64,000 bases of DNA from Thermoanaerobaculia bacterium (GTDB taxonomy: Bacteria > Acidobacteriota > Thermoanaerobaculia > Gp7-AA8), in NCBI GenBank assembly GCA_035999335.1, contig DASYGV010000077.1, positions 7,064 to 71,063 on the forward strand. The letters run 5' to 3'. The position numbers were made by a program, and so were the translations under genes. The notes under the pieces are model-generated. The model saw nothing but the letters and a program-made list of their open reading frames with translations, made no database searches and was not told the DNA's origin. Shown piece after piece: positions 20,341 to 28,776 of the stretch (positions are counted from its first letter, which is position 1; each line of letters opens with the position of its first letter).

Positions 20341-20425
20341 CGGCGGACCGCATTTCTCCGTGAGGGGTTATCCCAGGACGCCGCTCCAACGCATTGAAAC
20401 AGCGCGCGAACGCCGCGGTTTTGCG

Positions 20426-21127
20426 CTAAGCCCGCATCGCGCGGCGTTGCGCCATCGTCGCGATGAACGCGAGGAGCACGGCCGCGAGACGGAACGCTTC
20501 GAGAATCGCGGTGCTCTGCGGCTGGATGGACCACCAGAGGTCGTACAGCAGCCACGCCACTTCGCTCGCGGCGAGATAGATCCACGTGTGCATCAGCAGA
20601 CCGCCGCGCATCGCGAGCGCCGGCAGCGCGAGCGGGACGATGAGCGAGAGACCGACGATGTCGCCGAGGGTCGAGACGAGAAGGATCGGATCGGCGTTTG
20701 CGGTCGTGAGCGCCTTCATCAGCGGATAACCGCCGACGAGCACTGCGACCGCGATGCCCGTGAGAATCGAGACTGTCTGCGCGGAAGTCGACAGCGGCGC
20801 CGTGAGTCCCGTCGCGCGCCACGCGAGCACAAATAGCAGTAGCGCGATCGCGATGGCGACGTTCTGCAAGATCGCGAGCGTGCTGTTCACCGCCGGCGGC
20901 AAAGCGACCGACGAATCGAGATACGACGCGAGGCGCACGCCGTGACGCACGGCCGCAAGGAAGTAGCCGGCGCCGACCAGCAGCCAGCAGACCAGCAGTC
21001 GATCACCCGCGGAGAATTTTGCGGACGTGAGAAACGCGCTGAAGCTCGTCGCGAGGACCGCGAGGACGAGCAGGAAACGGTGAAAGCGCGCCGCGGTGTC
21101 GGCATCGAAGGCATAGCCGCCGATCAA
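20426..21127 (-). CDS. Polytopic membrane protein, unknown function
   Basis: 233-aa ORF with about seven hydrophobic helices. Confidence 0.6.
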   Translation of the reverse strand: MIGGYAFDADTAARFHRFLLVLAVLATSFSAFLTSAKFSAGDRLLVCWLLVGAGYFLAAVRHGVRLASYLDSSVALPPAVNSTLAILQNVAIAIALLLFVLAWRATGLTAPLSTSAQTVSILTGIAVAVLVGGYPLMKALTTANADPILLVSTLGDIVGLSLIVPLALPALAMRGGLLMHTWIYLAASEVAWLLYDLWWSIQPQSTAILEAFRLAAVLLAFIATMAQRRAMRA

Positions 21128-21168
21128 CGTCGCCGCGGCGAACAGAAGAGGGATCAGGATGAGCCGCT

Positions 21169-21405
21169 TCAGAGCGCGAGCTCCTTTCGGATGTCCGCCG
21201 CGACCTTCTCCGCCGTCGCCTTGCCGAGGAGCGTGCGCAGCGTCGGGCCGAGGGCGTCGATGAGTGCCGGCACCTGCGTTCGCGTGACCTGATCCGGGTC
21301 CGTTCCGATGGACTGCTTCGCGACCATCTGCACGGCGTTCTTCGCGGTGAAGGGCCCGAGATATTGGCTGAGCTTCGTGCGCACGACTTCAGCGGGAGTC
21401 ATCAT
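21169..21405 (-). CDS. Small hypothetical protein
   Basis: 78-aa ORF, 41 nt upstream of the membrane protein gene on the same strand. Confidence 0.45.
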   Translation of the reverse strand: MMTPAEVVRTKLSQYLGPFTAKNAVQMVAKQSIGTDPDQVTRTQVPALIDALGPTLRTLLGKATAEKVAADIRKELAL

Positions 21406-21473
21406 GGGTATTGGACCGAAAGAAGTATACGTTTTAAAAGTCCAGCAGATACAGGTCCCCCCGTTTGCGCGCG

Positions 21474-22208
21474 ATGCTGAAGTCCCTTCGGCGACTACAA
21501 TCGCGGATCGTGAAGCTCGCGCAGTTGATCGCGTTGCTATGGCTTGCGGCGGCGCCCGAGCGGCGCGAGACGACCGTCATTCCGTGGGCATGGGAGCGGC
21601 GCGAGGACTTGCGGTTCACGGGCTCCGGCGCGACGGTCGCGTGGTATGCCGGCATCCTCATGCTCGACGGTGAGCGCGTCGTCGTCGAGCCGCGCCGCAA
21701 TCCGCTGCAGCTCGCGGATGACGTGCGTCGCGTCGCCGTGATCCGCATCGAGACGAAGCATCCGTCGCTCGACGACGCGCAACTGCGCGCGACGCTCGCC
21801 GCGATCCTCCGCCTTTATCGCCACGCCGAAGAGCTGCAGATCGACTTCGACGCGAGGCGCTCCGAGCGCGCGTTCTATCGCGCGCTGCTGATCGCGCTGA
21901 GGAAAGAGAACGACGCGCCGCTGTCGATCACCGCACTCGCGTCGTGGTGCATCGGCGACCGCTGGATGAGCGGCCTGCCGATCGACGAGGCGGTGCCGAT
22001 GCTCTTCCGCATGGGCCGCGACGCGCGCGAAGTCCGCGCACGGCTCGCGCGCAACGAGGCATTCCCCGAACCGCGCTGCCGCGCGAGCGCGGGTATCTCG
22101 CTCGACGAACCGCTCCCCCGAATCCCGAAAGCCGCGCGCGTCTGGGTATTCAACCCGGAGCGCTGGACGGAGGCCGAATGGAACACCGCGCTCTCTCGCG
22201 TCCGCTGA
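21474..22208 (+). CDS. Hypothetical protein (DUF3142-like by memory)
   Basis: ORF with N-terminal hydrophobic segment LAQLIALLWLAAA; overlaps the next gene by 31 nt. Confidence 0.5.
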   Translation: MLKSLRRLQSRIVKLAQLIALLWLAAAPERRETTVIPWAWERREDLRFTGSGATVAWYAGILMLDGERVVVEPRRNPLQLADDVRRVAVIRIETKHPSLDDAQLRATLAAILRLYRHAEELQIDFDARRSERAFYRALLIALRKENDAPLSITALASWCIGDRWMSGLPIDEAVPMLFRMGRDAREVRARLARNEAFPEPRCRASAGISLDEPLPRIPKAARVWVFNPERWTEAEWNTALSRVR

Positions 22209-24166
22209 AGGTCGCCGCGCTCATGCTGTTGTGCGCCGCGGTGGCGACGCCGTGCTCGTTCGACACGACGCCGATCCTGTTCTTCGACGTGCGTCCGGAC
22301 ATGCCGATCGACGACTACGTCGACGGCCGCCTCGGCATCGTGCAACCGACCTACGCGCGCTCGCACCTCGTCGTCGCGTTCCGCCATCTCAGCAGCAAGC
22401 CTCCCTCGAACGCGGAGCGCGAAGGCTTCCGCGATCTGCTTCGTCATCGTCTCAACGAAGTTCCCTTCGAGGCTCGTCCGGTCAATCCCGTCGAACAGTG
22501 GGAGCGGCTGCGCATGAACATTCGCGGCCTCGAGTACAAGTGGCCGCCGGACCGCACTCGCTCGGTCGCGGGTGCTTACGATTCGTACGACAACTGCACG
22601 GACGACGCGTTCGCAACGGCATCGAAGACGCTCGCGCAACACATGAAGACCTTCGGCGCCGCAAATCCCGCGGTGATGCGCTGGCTCGACGCACAGGAGA
22701 TGGTCTTCGCGAATTGCACCGAAGGCGAGGCGCGCATCCCGGAAGACGATGCGTCGCTGCCGGCGGCGCTGCGAGCGGACCGGCAGTATCAGATTGCCGC
22801 GGCGAATTTCTACGCGTTGCGCTATGACGATGCACGGGCGCGATTCCTCGCCATCGCGCGCGACCGGCAGTCGCCGTGGCAGAAGACGGCCCGTCTCGTC
22901 GCGGCGCGCGTTCTCATCCGCGCGGAGAATCTCGACGTCGCAATCAAGGATGAGGATCCGCTCGCGCTGGCAGAGCAGGAGCTCCGCACGATCCTCGCCG
23001 ACGCGTCGATGAAATCGCTGCACGACGCGGCGTGGGACCTGTTCGCGGTGACGACGTTGCGCCGCAATCCGCAACAACGCTTCCGCGACGCCGCGAATGG
23101 ACTCCTCGGCGGCGAGACGTCGGCGCGTCGCGTGCGCACGCATCTCGCGGACTACACGATTCTCTGGGACAAAGAGGTCACCGGCGACGACGAGCTGACG
23201 GACTGGATCCGGACGTTCCAGTCGGGCGACGTCGCGCACGCGCTCGAACGCTGGAACGCGTCGAAGGGAACGCCGTGGCTCGTCGCCGCGCTCACGCACG
23301 TGAAGCCCGACGATGCGTCGGTGGCGTCGCTGCTCGAAGCATCGAAAAACATCGGCGCGGATTCTGCGGCGGCGACGTCCGTCGCATACCACCGCGCGCG
23401 GCTTTTGCTCGCTGCGGATCGCGTCGACGACGCGCGCGCGGAGCTCGACCGCGTGCTCGCGCGCGACATCCCGGTCTCCGCGCGCAATCAACTGCTCGCG
23501 CAGCGGCGTGCGGTTGCGCGCACGCTTGCGGAGTTCCTGCGTGACACGCCTTCGCGGCCGGTCGGCGAAGGAGCGGACGCGATCGATCCCGAGGAAGCGG
23601 CGCCGCATCTGCCCGAAGATGCGGCGGCGGTGCTGAATACCTGGACGCCGCTAGAGACGCTCGCGCGCGCGGCGGCCGATGAAACGCTGCCCACGGAGAT
23701 TCGCGACCCGCTAGCGCGCGCGTTGTCGACGCGCAGGCTACTGCTCGGCGAACCGTCGTTCGAGACCGCGGATGTCTTCGTGCACGACACCGAGCTGAGG
23801 CCGTACATCCACGCAGAACACTACTACTACGGCAATTGGTGGTGCGCCGGCGGCCCGACGCAAACCGCGCCAGTGCCGCTGTTCCTACGCCCGACACTTT
23901 CCGCCGCGAACGCGGAGCAGGAGCAATTACGCGCGATGGGCAGCGGCGCGTCCTGGATTCTGCGGACCGTGCTCGCACGCGCGAAGTCGCATCCGAACGA
24001 CCCGCGCGTTCCGGAAGCGCTGTCGCTCGCGATCCTCGGCACGCGCCGCGCGTGCGGCGACGGCGATACGGAGAAGCTGGCGAAGGAGGCGTTCGGAGCG
24101 CTGCACCGCAAGTACGGCAAGACGAGCTGGGCGGCGGAGACGCCGTACTGGTACAAGCCGTATTGA
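22178..24166 (+). CDS. Exported hypothetical protein (lipoprotein-like N-terminus)
   Basis: Internal ATG at 22178 gives MEHRALSRPLKVAALMLLCAAVATPCS; 662 aa, helical-repeat-like composition. Confidence 0.6.
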   Translation: MEHRALSRPLKVAALMLLCAAVATPCSFDTTPILFFDVRPDMPIDDYVDGRLGIVQPTYARSHLVVAFRHLSSKPPSNAEREGFRDLLRHRLNEVPFEARPVNPVEQWERLRMNIRGLEYKWPPDRTRSVAGAYDSYDNCTDDAFATASKTLAQHMKTFGAANPAVMRWLDAQEMVFANCTEGEARIPEDDASLPAALRADRQYQIAAANFYALRYDDARARFLAIARDRQSPWQKTARLVAARVLIRAENLDVAIKDEDPLALAEQELRTILADASMKSLHDAAWDLFAVTTLRRNPQQRFRDAANGLLGGETSARRVRTHLADYTILWDKEVTGDDELTDWIRTFQSGDVAHALERWNASKGTPWLVAALTHVKPDDASVASLLEASKNIGADSAAATSVAYHRARLLLAADRVDDARAELDRVLARDIPVSARNQLLAQRRAVARTLAEFLRDTPSRPVGEGADAIDPEEAAPHLPEDAAAVLNTWTPLETLARAAADETLPTEIRDPLARALSTRRLLLGEPSFETADVFVHDTELRPYIHAEHYYYGNWWCAGGPTQTAPVPLFLRPTLSAANAEQEQLRAMGSGASWILRTVLARAKSHPNDPRVPEALSLAILGTRRACGDGDTEKLAKEAFGALHRKYGKTSWAAETPYWYKPY

Positions 24167-24223
24167 TCCGCTGCGCTCTTGCCGCGCTGTTCGAAAGCGG
24201 CGGCCTTGCCGCCGCACTCCAAA

Positions 24224-24721
24224 CTAGTACTTCAACGCCAGAAGCCGCGGCTCGCTCCCCTCCGCCAGGGTCACGATGAAGAGGTTGTCGTACTCCTCTT
24301 CGCTGATGGTCGGAGGGTTTGCGACGCCGAGGGCGGCGATGACGTCGCGGGTTGTGTTCGTGTGGCCGACCACGAGGACCGTCTTGCCCGCGTGCGTCGA
24401 GCGGATGCGGTTGGCGATGTCGCGCGCATACGTCGCGGCGGGCGCGCTCACGGCGGGCTGGATGGACAGAGCCTTTGCGATCGGCGCGGCGGTCTGGCGC
24501 GTGCGCGCGAGGTTCGTCGAGAAAATTGCGGTGATGCCGCTGTTGCCGAGGATGCGCGCCAGTTCCTTCGCGCGCTCTTGCCCCTCGGCGGTCAGCGGCG
24601 GATTGTTTGCGGGCTCCGTCGCCTTCTCCGCGTGACGCACCAGGATGACGGTCGTGATCCCAGGCGCGGCCTGCGCGCCCAGCGCAATCAGAGTGAAGAG
24701 AATGACGAAGATGCGTTTCAC
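24224..24721 (-). CDS. Exported histidine phosphatase family protein (SixA/PGM-like)
   Basis: Signal peptide then ILVRHAEK (RHG motif) and VVGHTNT. Confidence 0.75.
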   Translation of the reverse strand: MKRIFVILFTLIALGAQAAPGITTVILVRHAEKATEPANNPPLTAEGQERAKELARILGNSGITAIFSTNLARTRQTAAPIAKALSIQPAVSAPAATYARDIANRIRSTHAGKTVLVVGHTNTTRDVIAALGVANPPTISEEEYDNLFIVTLAEGSEPRLLALKY

Positions 24722-24730
24722 GACGACCTC

Positions 24731-25189
24731 CTATCGCGGTGCGGGGACATTGTATTCACAGCGGTAGACGTCACCGCCGGCCATGTAGACGCTGAGCACG
24801 ATCGCGATGACATCGTTGCCCCGGCGCCGGTAAATCTCGCGCGTCCCGCCTACCCCGCGCACCGGCAGCTCGAACTTTTCGTCGTCGCCCGCCTCGATGA
24901 CCTGCTTGAACTCGCGATAGCTGCTCTCGATCGCGTAGCGCTCCTGCGCGGTGTATCCCGGCTCGACACGGATGGCTTTCACTTCGATGGCCCGGTCGGC
25001 GTTGTTGCCGATCTCGACGACCACGGTCAGATTGTCGGTTGCGCTCTCCATCATCACCTCCGGCAGGTTCAGGTAGAGATTGACCGACACTTCCTGCCCC
25101 GCGTCGCAGTCGCGGATGGTTTCGTCGATGACACCATCGCGCGACGCGCAAGCCGCGAGCAAGAACAGCAGCACGAGGGTTCGGCGCAT
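24731..25189 (-). CDS. Lipoprotein, unknown function
   Basis: Internal ATG at 25189 gives MRRTLVLLFLLAACAS lipobox; 9 nt upstream of the phosphatase gene. Confidence 0.6.
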   Translation of the reverse strand: MRRTLVLLFLLAACASRDGVIDETIRDCDAGQEVSVNLYLNLPEVMMESATDNLTVVVEIGNNADRAIEVKAIRVEPGYTAQERYAIESSYREFKQVIEAGDDEKFELPVRGVGGTREIYRRRGNDVIAIVLSVYMAGGDVYRCEYNVPAPR

Positions 25190-25216
25190 CGGCGCAGTCT
25201 GCGCCAGAATGCGCGC

Positions 25217-26248
25217 ATGATCAATCGACGCAACTTCGCCCGTCTCGTTTCGATCGCCGCGGCCGCCGCGTCCGTATCGGCGGACCCTCGGCTGAAGCCG
25301 GGGGCTAGGAGGATCATCAAACCGAAACGGTTGGTGGACGGCGACACGGTCGGCCTCGTGCTCCCCGCGTCGTCGACGCTCGAAGGCGACGACATTCAGC
25401 TCGCGAAGGAACAGCTCGAGGCGATCGGATTGAAAGTCGCGATCGGCGCGCACGCGTACGACCGCCACGGCTACTTCGCCGGACGCGATCGCGACCGCGC
25501 GGACGATCTCAATCGCATGTTCGCCGACGACCGCATCGCCGGCATCGTCTGCTACACCGGCGGCTGGGGCTCGCCGCGCGTGCTGCCGTATCTCGACTAC
25601 GCGCTCATCGCGCGCAAGCCGAAAGTGCTGATCGGTTACAGCGACATCACCGCGCTTCTCAACGCGATTCATCAGCGCACCGGACTGGTCACGTTTCACG
25701 GACCGGTCGGCGCCTCGACGATCGAGCCGTATTCGCTGGAGAGCTTCCGCAGGGTGGTGATGAGTCCCGAGCCCGCGGGGCTGCTCGCGCCGCCGCCAAA
25801 GAAAACGTCGGAGCTCGTCGACCGCACGAATCGCGTCCTCCGCCTGCATCCCGGCAACGCGACCGGACGTCTCGCGGGCGGCAATCTCACCTTGCTGGCA
25901 TCGCTCATGGGCACGCCCTACGAGATCGACACAGACGGCGCGATCCTGTTCGCGGAGGACATCCGCGAAGAGGTCTACCGCATCGACCGCATGCTCACGC
26001 AGCTCGCCCTCGGCGAAAAGTTCGAGCGGATGGCCGGCTTCGTCTTCGGCCGCTGCACGGACTGCAAGGCGACGAACGTGAGCCTCGAAGACGTGTTGCG
26101 CGATCGCTTCGGCGCCGGGCCGAAGCCCGCGATCGCGGGGCTGTCGTTCGGCCACATCGAACAGAAGATGACGCTGCCGATCGGCGCGATGGCGAGCCTG
26201 GATGCGGACGCGGGGACGGTGGAGGTGCTCGAGGGGGCGGTGACGTGA
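25217..26248 (+). CDS. LD-carboxypeptidase (peptidase S66, LdcA/MccF-like)
   Basis: ATG at 25217; twin-Arg-like leader; GYSDITAL nucleophile motif and C-terminal FGH. Confidence 0.8.
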   Translation: MINRRNFARLVSIAAAAASVSADPRLKPGARRIIKPKRLVDGDTVGLVLPASSTLEGDDIQLAKEQLEAIGLKVAIGAHAYDRHGYFAGRDRDRADDLNRMFADDRIAGIVCYTGGWGSPRVLPYLDYALIARKPKVLIGYSDITALLNAIHQRTGLVTFHGPVGASTIEPYSLESFRRVVMSPEPAGLLAPPPKKTSELVDRTNRVLRLHPGNATGRLAGGNLTLLASLMGTPYEIDTDGAILFAEDIREEVYRIDRMLTQLALGEKFERMAGFVFGRCTDCKATNVSLEDVLRDRFGAGPKPAIAGLSFGHIEQKMTLPIGAMASLDADAGTVEVLEGAVT

Positions 26249-26256
26249 CGGGGAAG

Positions 26257-26340
26257 AGTGCTGGGTGCTGAGTGCTGAGTGCTCAGACCCACCACCCAGG
26301 GCGGGCGGGACTCAGCACTCAGCACCCAGCACTCAGCACT
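26257..26340. repeat. Palindromic element, family 4: (A/G)GTGCTG heptad x4 in each arm (bidirectional hairpin between convergent genes)
   Basis: Left arm 26257-26286 and right arm 26311-26340 are complementary apart from 3 positions. The stop of the M20 gene lies in the right arm. Confidence 0.6.
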
Positions 26341-27796
26341 AACGTCCCCCCTTCTCCAATCCTTCGAACAGTGCAGTGAAGATCGCGATGCCGTCCCATA
26401 GGTTTCGGAGGCGGAGGTTCTCGTTCGCGGCGTGCTGGTTGTTGTCGTGATTCACGATCGGCAGGACGATCGTCGGCGTGTTGTCCGGCTGCTGGAAGAG
26501 GTAGATCGGAACGCTGCCGCCCATCGTCGGAAGGCGCACCGGCTCGTGTCCCGCGCGCGTCATCAGCGCTGCGATCTCCTTCGCGAGCGGATGATCGAGC
26601 GGCGTGCGCGCCGGCGGATAGCCGGAGCCCCAGCGCACGCGCACGATCCTGTCATTCGCGAGGCGCGTGGCGGCGTCCGGATCGTCGCGCACGATCTTGT
26701 AGCCGCGCGCGGCGAGGTGCCGTTCGACGTGCGCTTTCACAGAGTCCGGCGTCTGCGCGGGCACAAGACGGAAGTCGATCGCCGCGCGTGCGCTGATCTG
26801 CAGCGTGTTCGACGCCTTGTCGCCGACGCCGCCGGACTGAATGCCGCTCACGTTCAGCGCGGGCAGGAGGATGCGCTCGTTCAGCGACACGCCTTCCGTG
26901 CGCGCGATCTGAAATTCGCGGCGCAGATCGTCCTCCACCGGCGGCATCGCGGCGACCGCCGCTTTCTCTGCCGTCGTCGCAACGACGACGTTGTCGTAGA
27001 AGCCGTCGATGAGGATGCGTCCGTTCTCGTCGCGCATCGACGCGAGGAGGTGCGTCAGCGCGACGATCGGATTCGGCACCCAATTGCCGTAGTGGCCGTC
27101 GTGCAGCGCCCGCACGGGTCCGTACACGACGAGGTCGAGCGTGAGGACGCCGCGCGCGCCGAACGCGAGCTGCGCGCGGCGGCTCTGGTGCACAGGACCG
27201 TCGCAGATGATCCATGCGTCGGGACGGAGGACGTCGGGATATTTCGCGATGTAGGCGGCGAGGTGCGGCGAGCCGGCTTCCTCTTCGCCTTCGAAGACGA
27301 AGCGGAGGTTCACGCGCGGCTTCACGTTGCGCGCGCGCAATGAGTCGACCGCCGCGAGCATGGCCATGATCGGAGCCTTGTCGTCGCTCGCCGAGCGCGC
27401 GTAGAGACGCCACTCGGGATCGAGCGCCGTCGCGTTCGTCCAGTCGACGTCGTTGCCATTCGCGTCGCGCATGACCGGCGTCCACGGCGCGCTCTTCCAC
27501 TGCGCGGGGTCGAGAGGCTGGCCATCGTAGTGCGCGTAGAACGCAAGCGTGCGCGTCGAGCCCTCGGCTTTCCAATCGCCCACGACAATGGGAGGCGCGC
27601 CGTCGAGCGTAAGCAACCGCGTCGCGAGGCCGCGGCGCTCGAGCATCGCCTGAAGCTTCGTCGCGTTGGCGTTGATGTTCGCGGTGTCGTCGGCAAGATT
27701 CGGGATCGCGAGGAGGTCGACGAGCTCGCGAAGGACGGCCTTCTGGTCCGCCGCGAACAGCGGGAGTGCACACAGGAGCACGGCGATCAGGCGCAT
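26339..27796 (-). CDS. Exported M20-family metallopeptidase (dipeptidase-like)
   Basis: Internal ATG at 27796 gives signal peptide MRLIAVLLCALPLFAA; ARSASDDKAPI and FEGEEEAGSPHL metal-site motifs. Confidence 0.8.
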   Translation of the reverse strand: MRLIAVLLCALPLFAADQKAVLRELVDLLAIPNLADDTANINANATKLQAMLERRGLATRLLTLDGAPPIVVGDWKAEGSTRTLAFYAHYDGQPLDPAQWKSAPWTPVMRDANGNDVDWTNATALDPEWRLYARSASDDKAPIMAMLAAVDSLRARNVKPRVNLRFVFEGEEEAGSPHLAAYIAKYPDVLRPDAWIICDGPVHQSRRAQLAFGARGVLTLDLVVYGPVRALHDGHYGNWVPNPIVALTHLLASMRDENGRILIDGFYDNVVVATTAEKAAVAAMPPVEDDLRREFQIARTEGVSLNERILLPALNVSGIQSGGVGDKASNTLQISARAAIDFRLVPAQTPDSVKAHVERHLAARGYKIVRDDPDAATRLANDRIVRVRWGSGYPPARTPLDHPLAKEIAALMTRAGHEPVRLPTMGGSVPIYLFQQPDNTPTIVLPIVNHDNNQHAANENLRLRNLWDGIAIFTALFEGLEKGGR

Positions 27797-27814
27797 GTGC
27801 GAATGGTAATGTGT

Positions 27815-27861
27815 TGGGGCCCGGGCATTCTGCCCGGCGCCGGGCTGGAAGCCCGGGCCCC
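27815..27861. repeat. REP-like element, family 2
   Basis: GGGGCCCGGGCATTCTGCCCGGCGCCGGGCTGGAAGCCCGGGCCCCC in the divergent intergenic region. Confidence 0.55.
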
Positions 27862-27867
27862 CATCAC

Positions 27868-28776
27868 ATGAAAGCAATTCGGCTTATCGAACATGGTCAC
27901 CCGCTCGTCGAGCAGGACTTGCCCGACCCGTCGCCGCGTGACGGCGAGATCGTCGTCGACGTCGTGTGCGCCGGGATCTGCCACAGCGACGCGCACTATC
28001 GCGCCGAGCCCGGACGCGCAAATCCTCCGATCACCCTCGGCCACGAAGTCGCGGGCGTCGTCTCCGGCACCGGCCAGCGCGTCGCGCTGCACTATCTCCT
28101 CCCGAACGGCGACATGCTCGGAAAGGAAGTGAATGGCGGTTACGCGCAGAAGATCGTGGTCCCCGCGGAAAACGCCATTCCGATTCCGGACAACGTCCCG
28201 TTCGACGCCGCCGCGATCATGATGTGCTCGACCGCGACCGCGTATCACGCGCTCCGCCTCTCGAACATTCAACCAGGCGAGTCGCTCGCCATCCTCGGCT
28301 TCGGAGGACTCGGTGTCTCCGCCGCGCAACTCGCACCGGCTTTTGGCGTGAAGGACGTCATCGCCGTCGACGTCGTCCCCGAGAAGCTCGCGCTCGCGAA
28401 ACAATTCGGCGCGCGCACGGGCGACCTGAACGGCGTCGACGTCGCGCTCGAATTCACCGGCAACGCCGCCGTCGCGCAGAAAGCGTTGCGCGCGCTTGCG
28501 CCTGGCGGACGGCTGATGATCGTCGCGATCAACCTGCGCTCGATGACCTTCGATCCCTTCGACGACCTCCTGCGGCGCGAGCACCGCATCATCGGCTGTG
28601 CGGATCACACACGCGAAGAGCTCGTCGAGTTGATGGAGCTGGCGCGGCGCGGGGAGATCGACCTCACCCGCGCCATTACACGCACGGTTCCGCTCGAAGC
28701 GGACGCGATCAATGCTGCTCTTGACGATCTGGAGCGGCAGACGTCGCACTTGCGGACGGTGATCGCGGTACGTTGA
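27868..28776 (+). CDS. Zinc-dependent alcohol dehydrogenase family protein
   Basis: ATG at 27868; GICHSD zinc motif; GFGGLG Rossmann motif. Confidence 0.8.
   Translation: MKAIRLIEHGHPLVEQDLPDPSPRDGEIVVDVVCAGICHSDAHYRAEPGRANPPITLGHEVAGVVSGTGQRVALHYLLPNGDMLGKEVNGGYAQKIVVPAENAIPIPDNVPFDAAAIMMCSTATAYHALRLSNIQPGESLAILGFGGLGVSAAQLAPAFGVKDVIAVDVVPEKLALAKQFGARTGDLNGVDVALEFTGNAAVAQKALRALAPGGRLMIVAINLRSMTFDPFDDLLRREHRIIGCADHTREELVELMELARRGEIDLTRAITRTVPLEADAINAALDDLERQTSHLRTVIAVR

Noticed and set aside
21875-23608. 577-aa minus-strand ORF and several other 300-480-aa ORFs in the track (e.g. 14507-15655, 24731-26155 upstream part, 31185-32609, 36278-37534, 50878-52323, 53267-54484)
   Set aside because: All are antisense or out of frame to genes with recognisable domains and translate to Arg/Gly/Asp/His-rich low-complexity sequence.
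26257-26340. Short tandem GTGCTGA heptads considered as a possible CRISPR or tandem-repeat array
   Set aside because: The repeat unit is only 7 nt, there are no spacers, and the two blocks are an inverted pair forming a hairpin between convergent genes. This is a REP/terminator-like element, not CRISPR.
28709-28776. 68-nt convergent overlap of the ADH and amine-oxidase coding regions, as a possible sign of a mis-called end or frameshift
   Set aside because: Both C-termini read through plausibly and both stops are the first in frame. Without homolog alignments I cannot say either is extended, so this is recorded as a caveat only.
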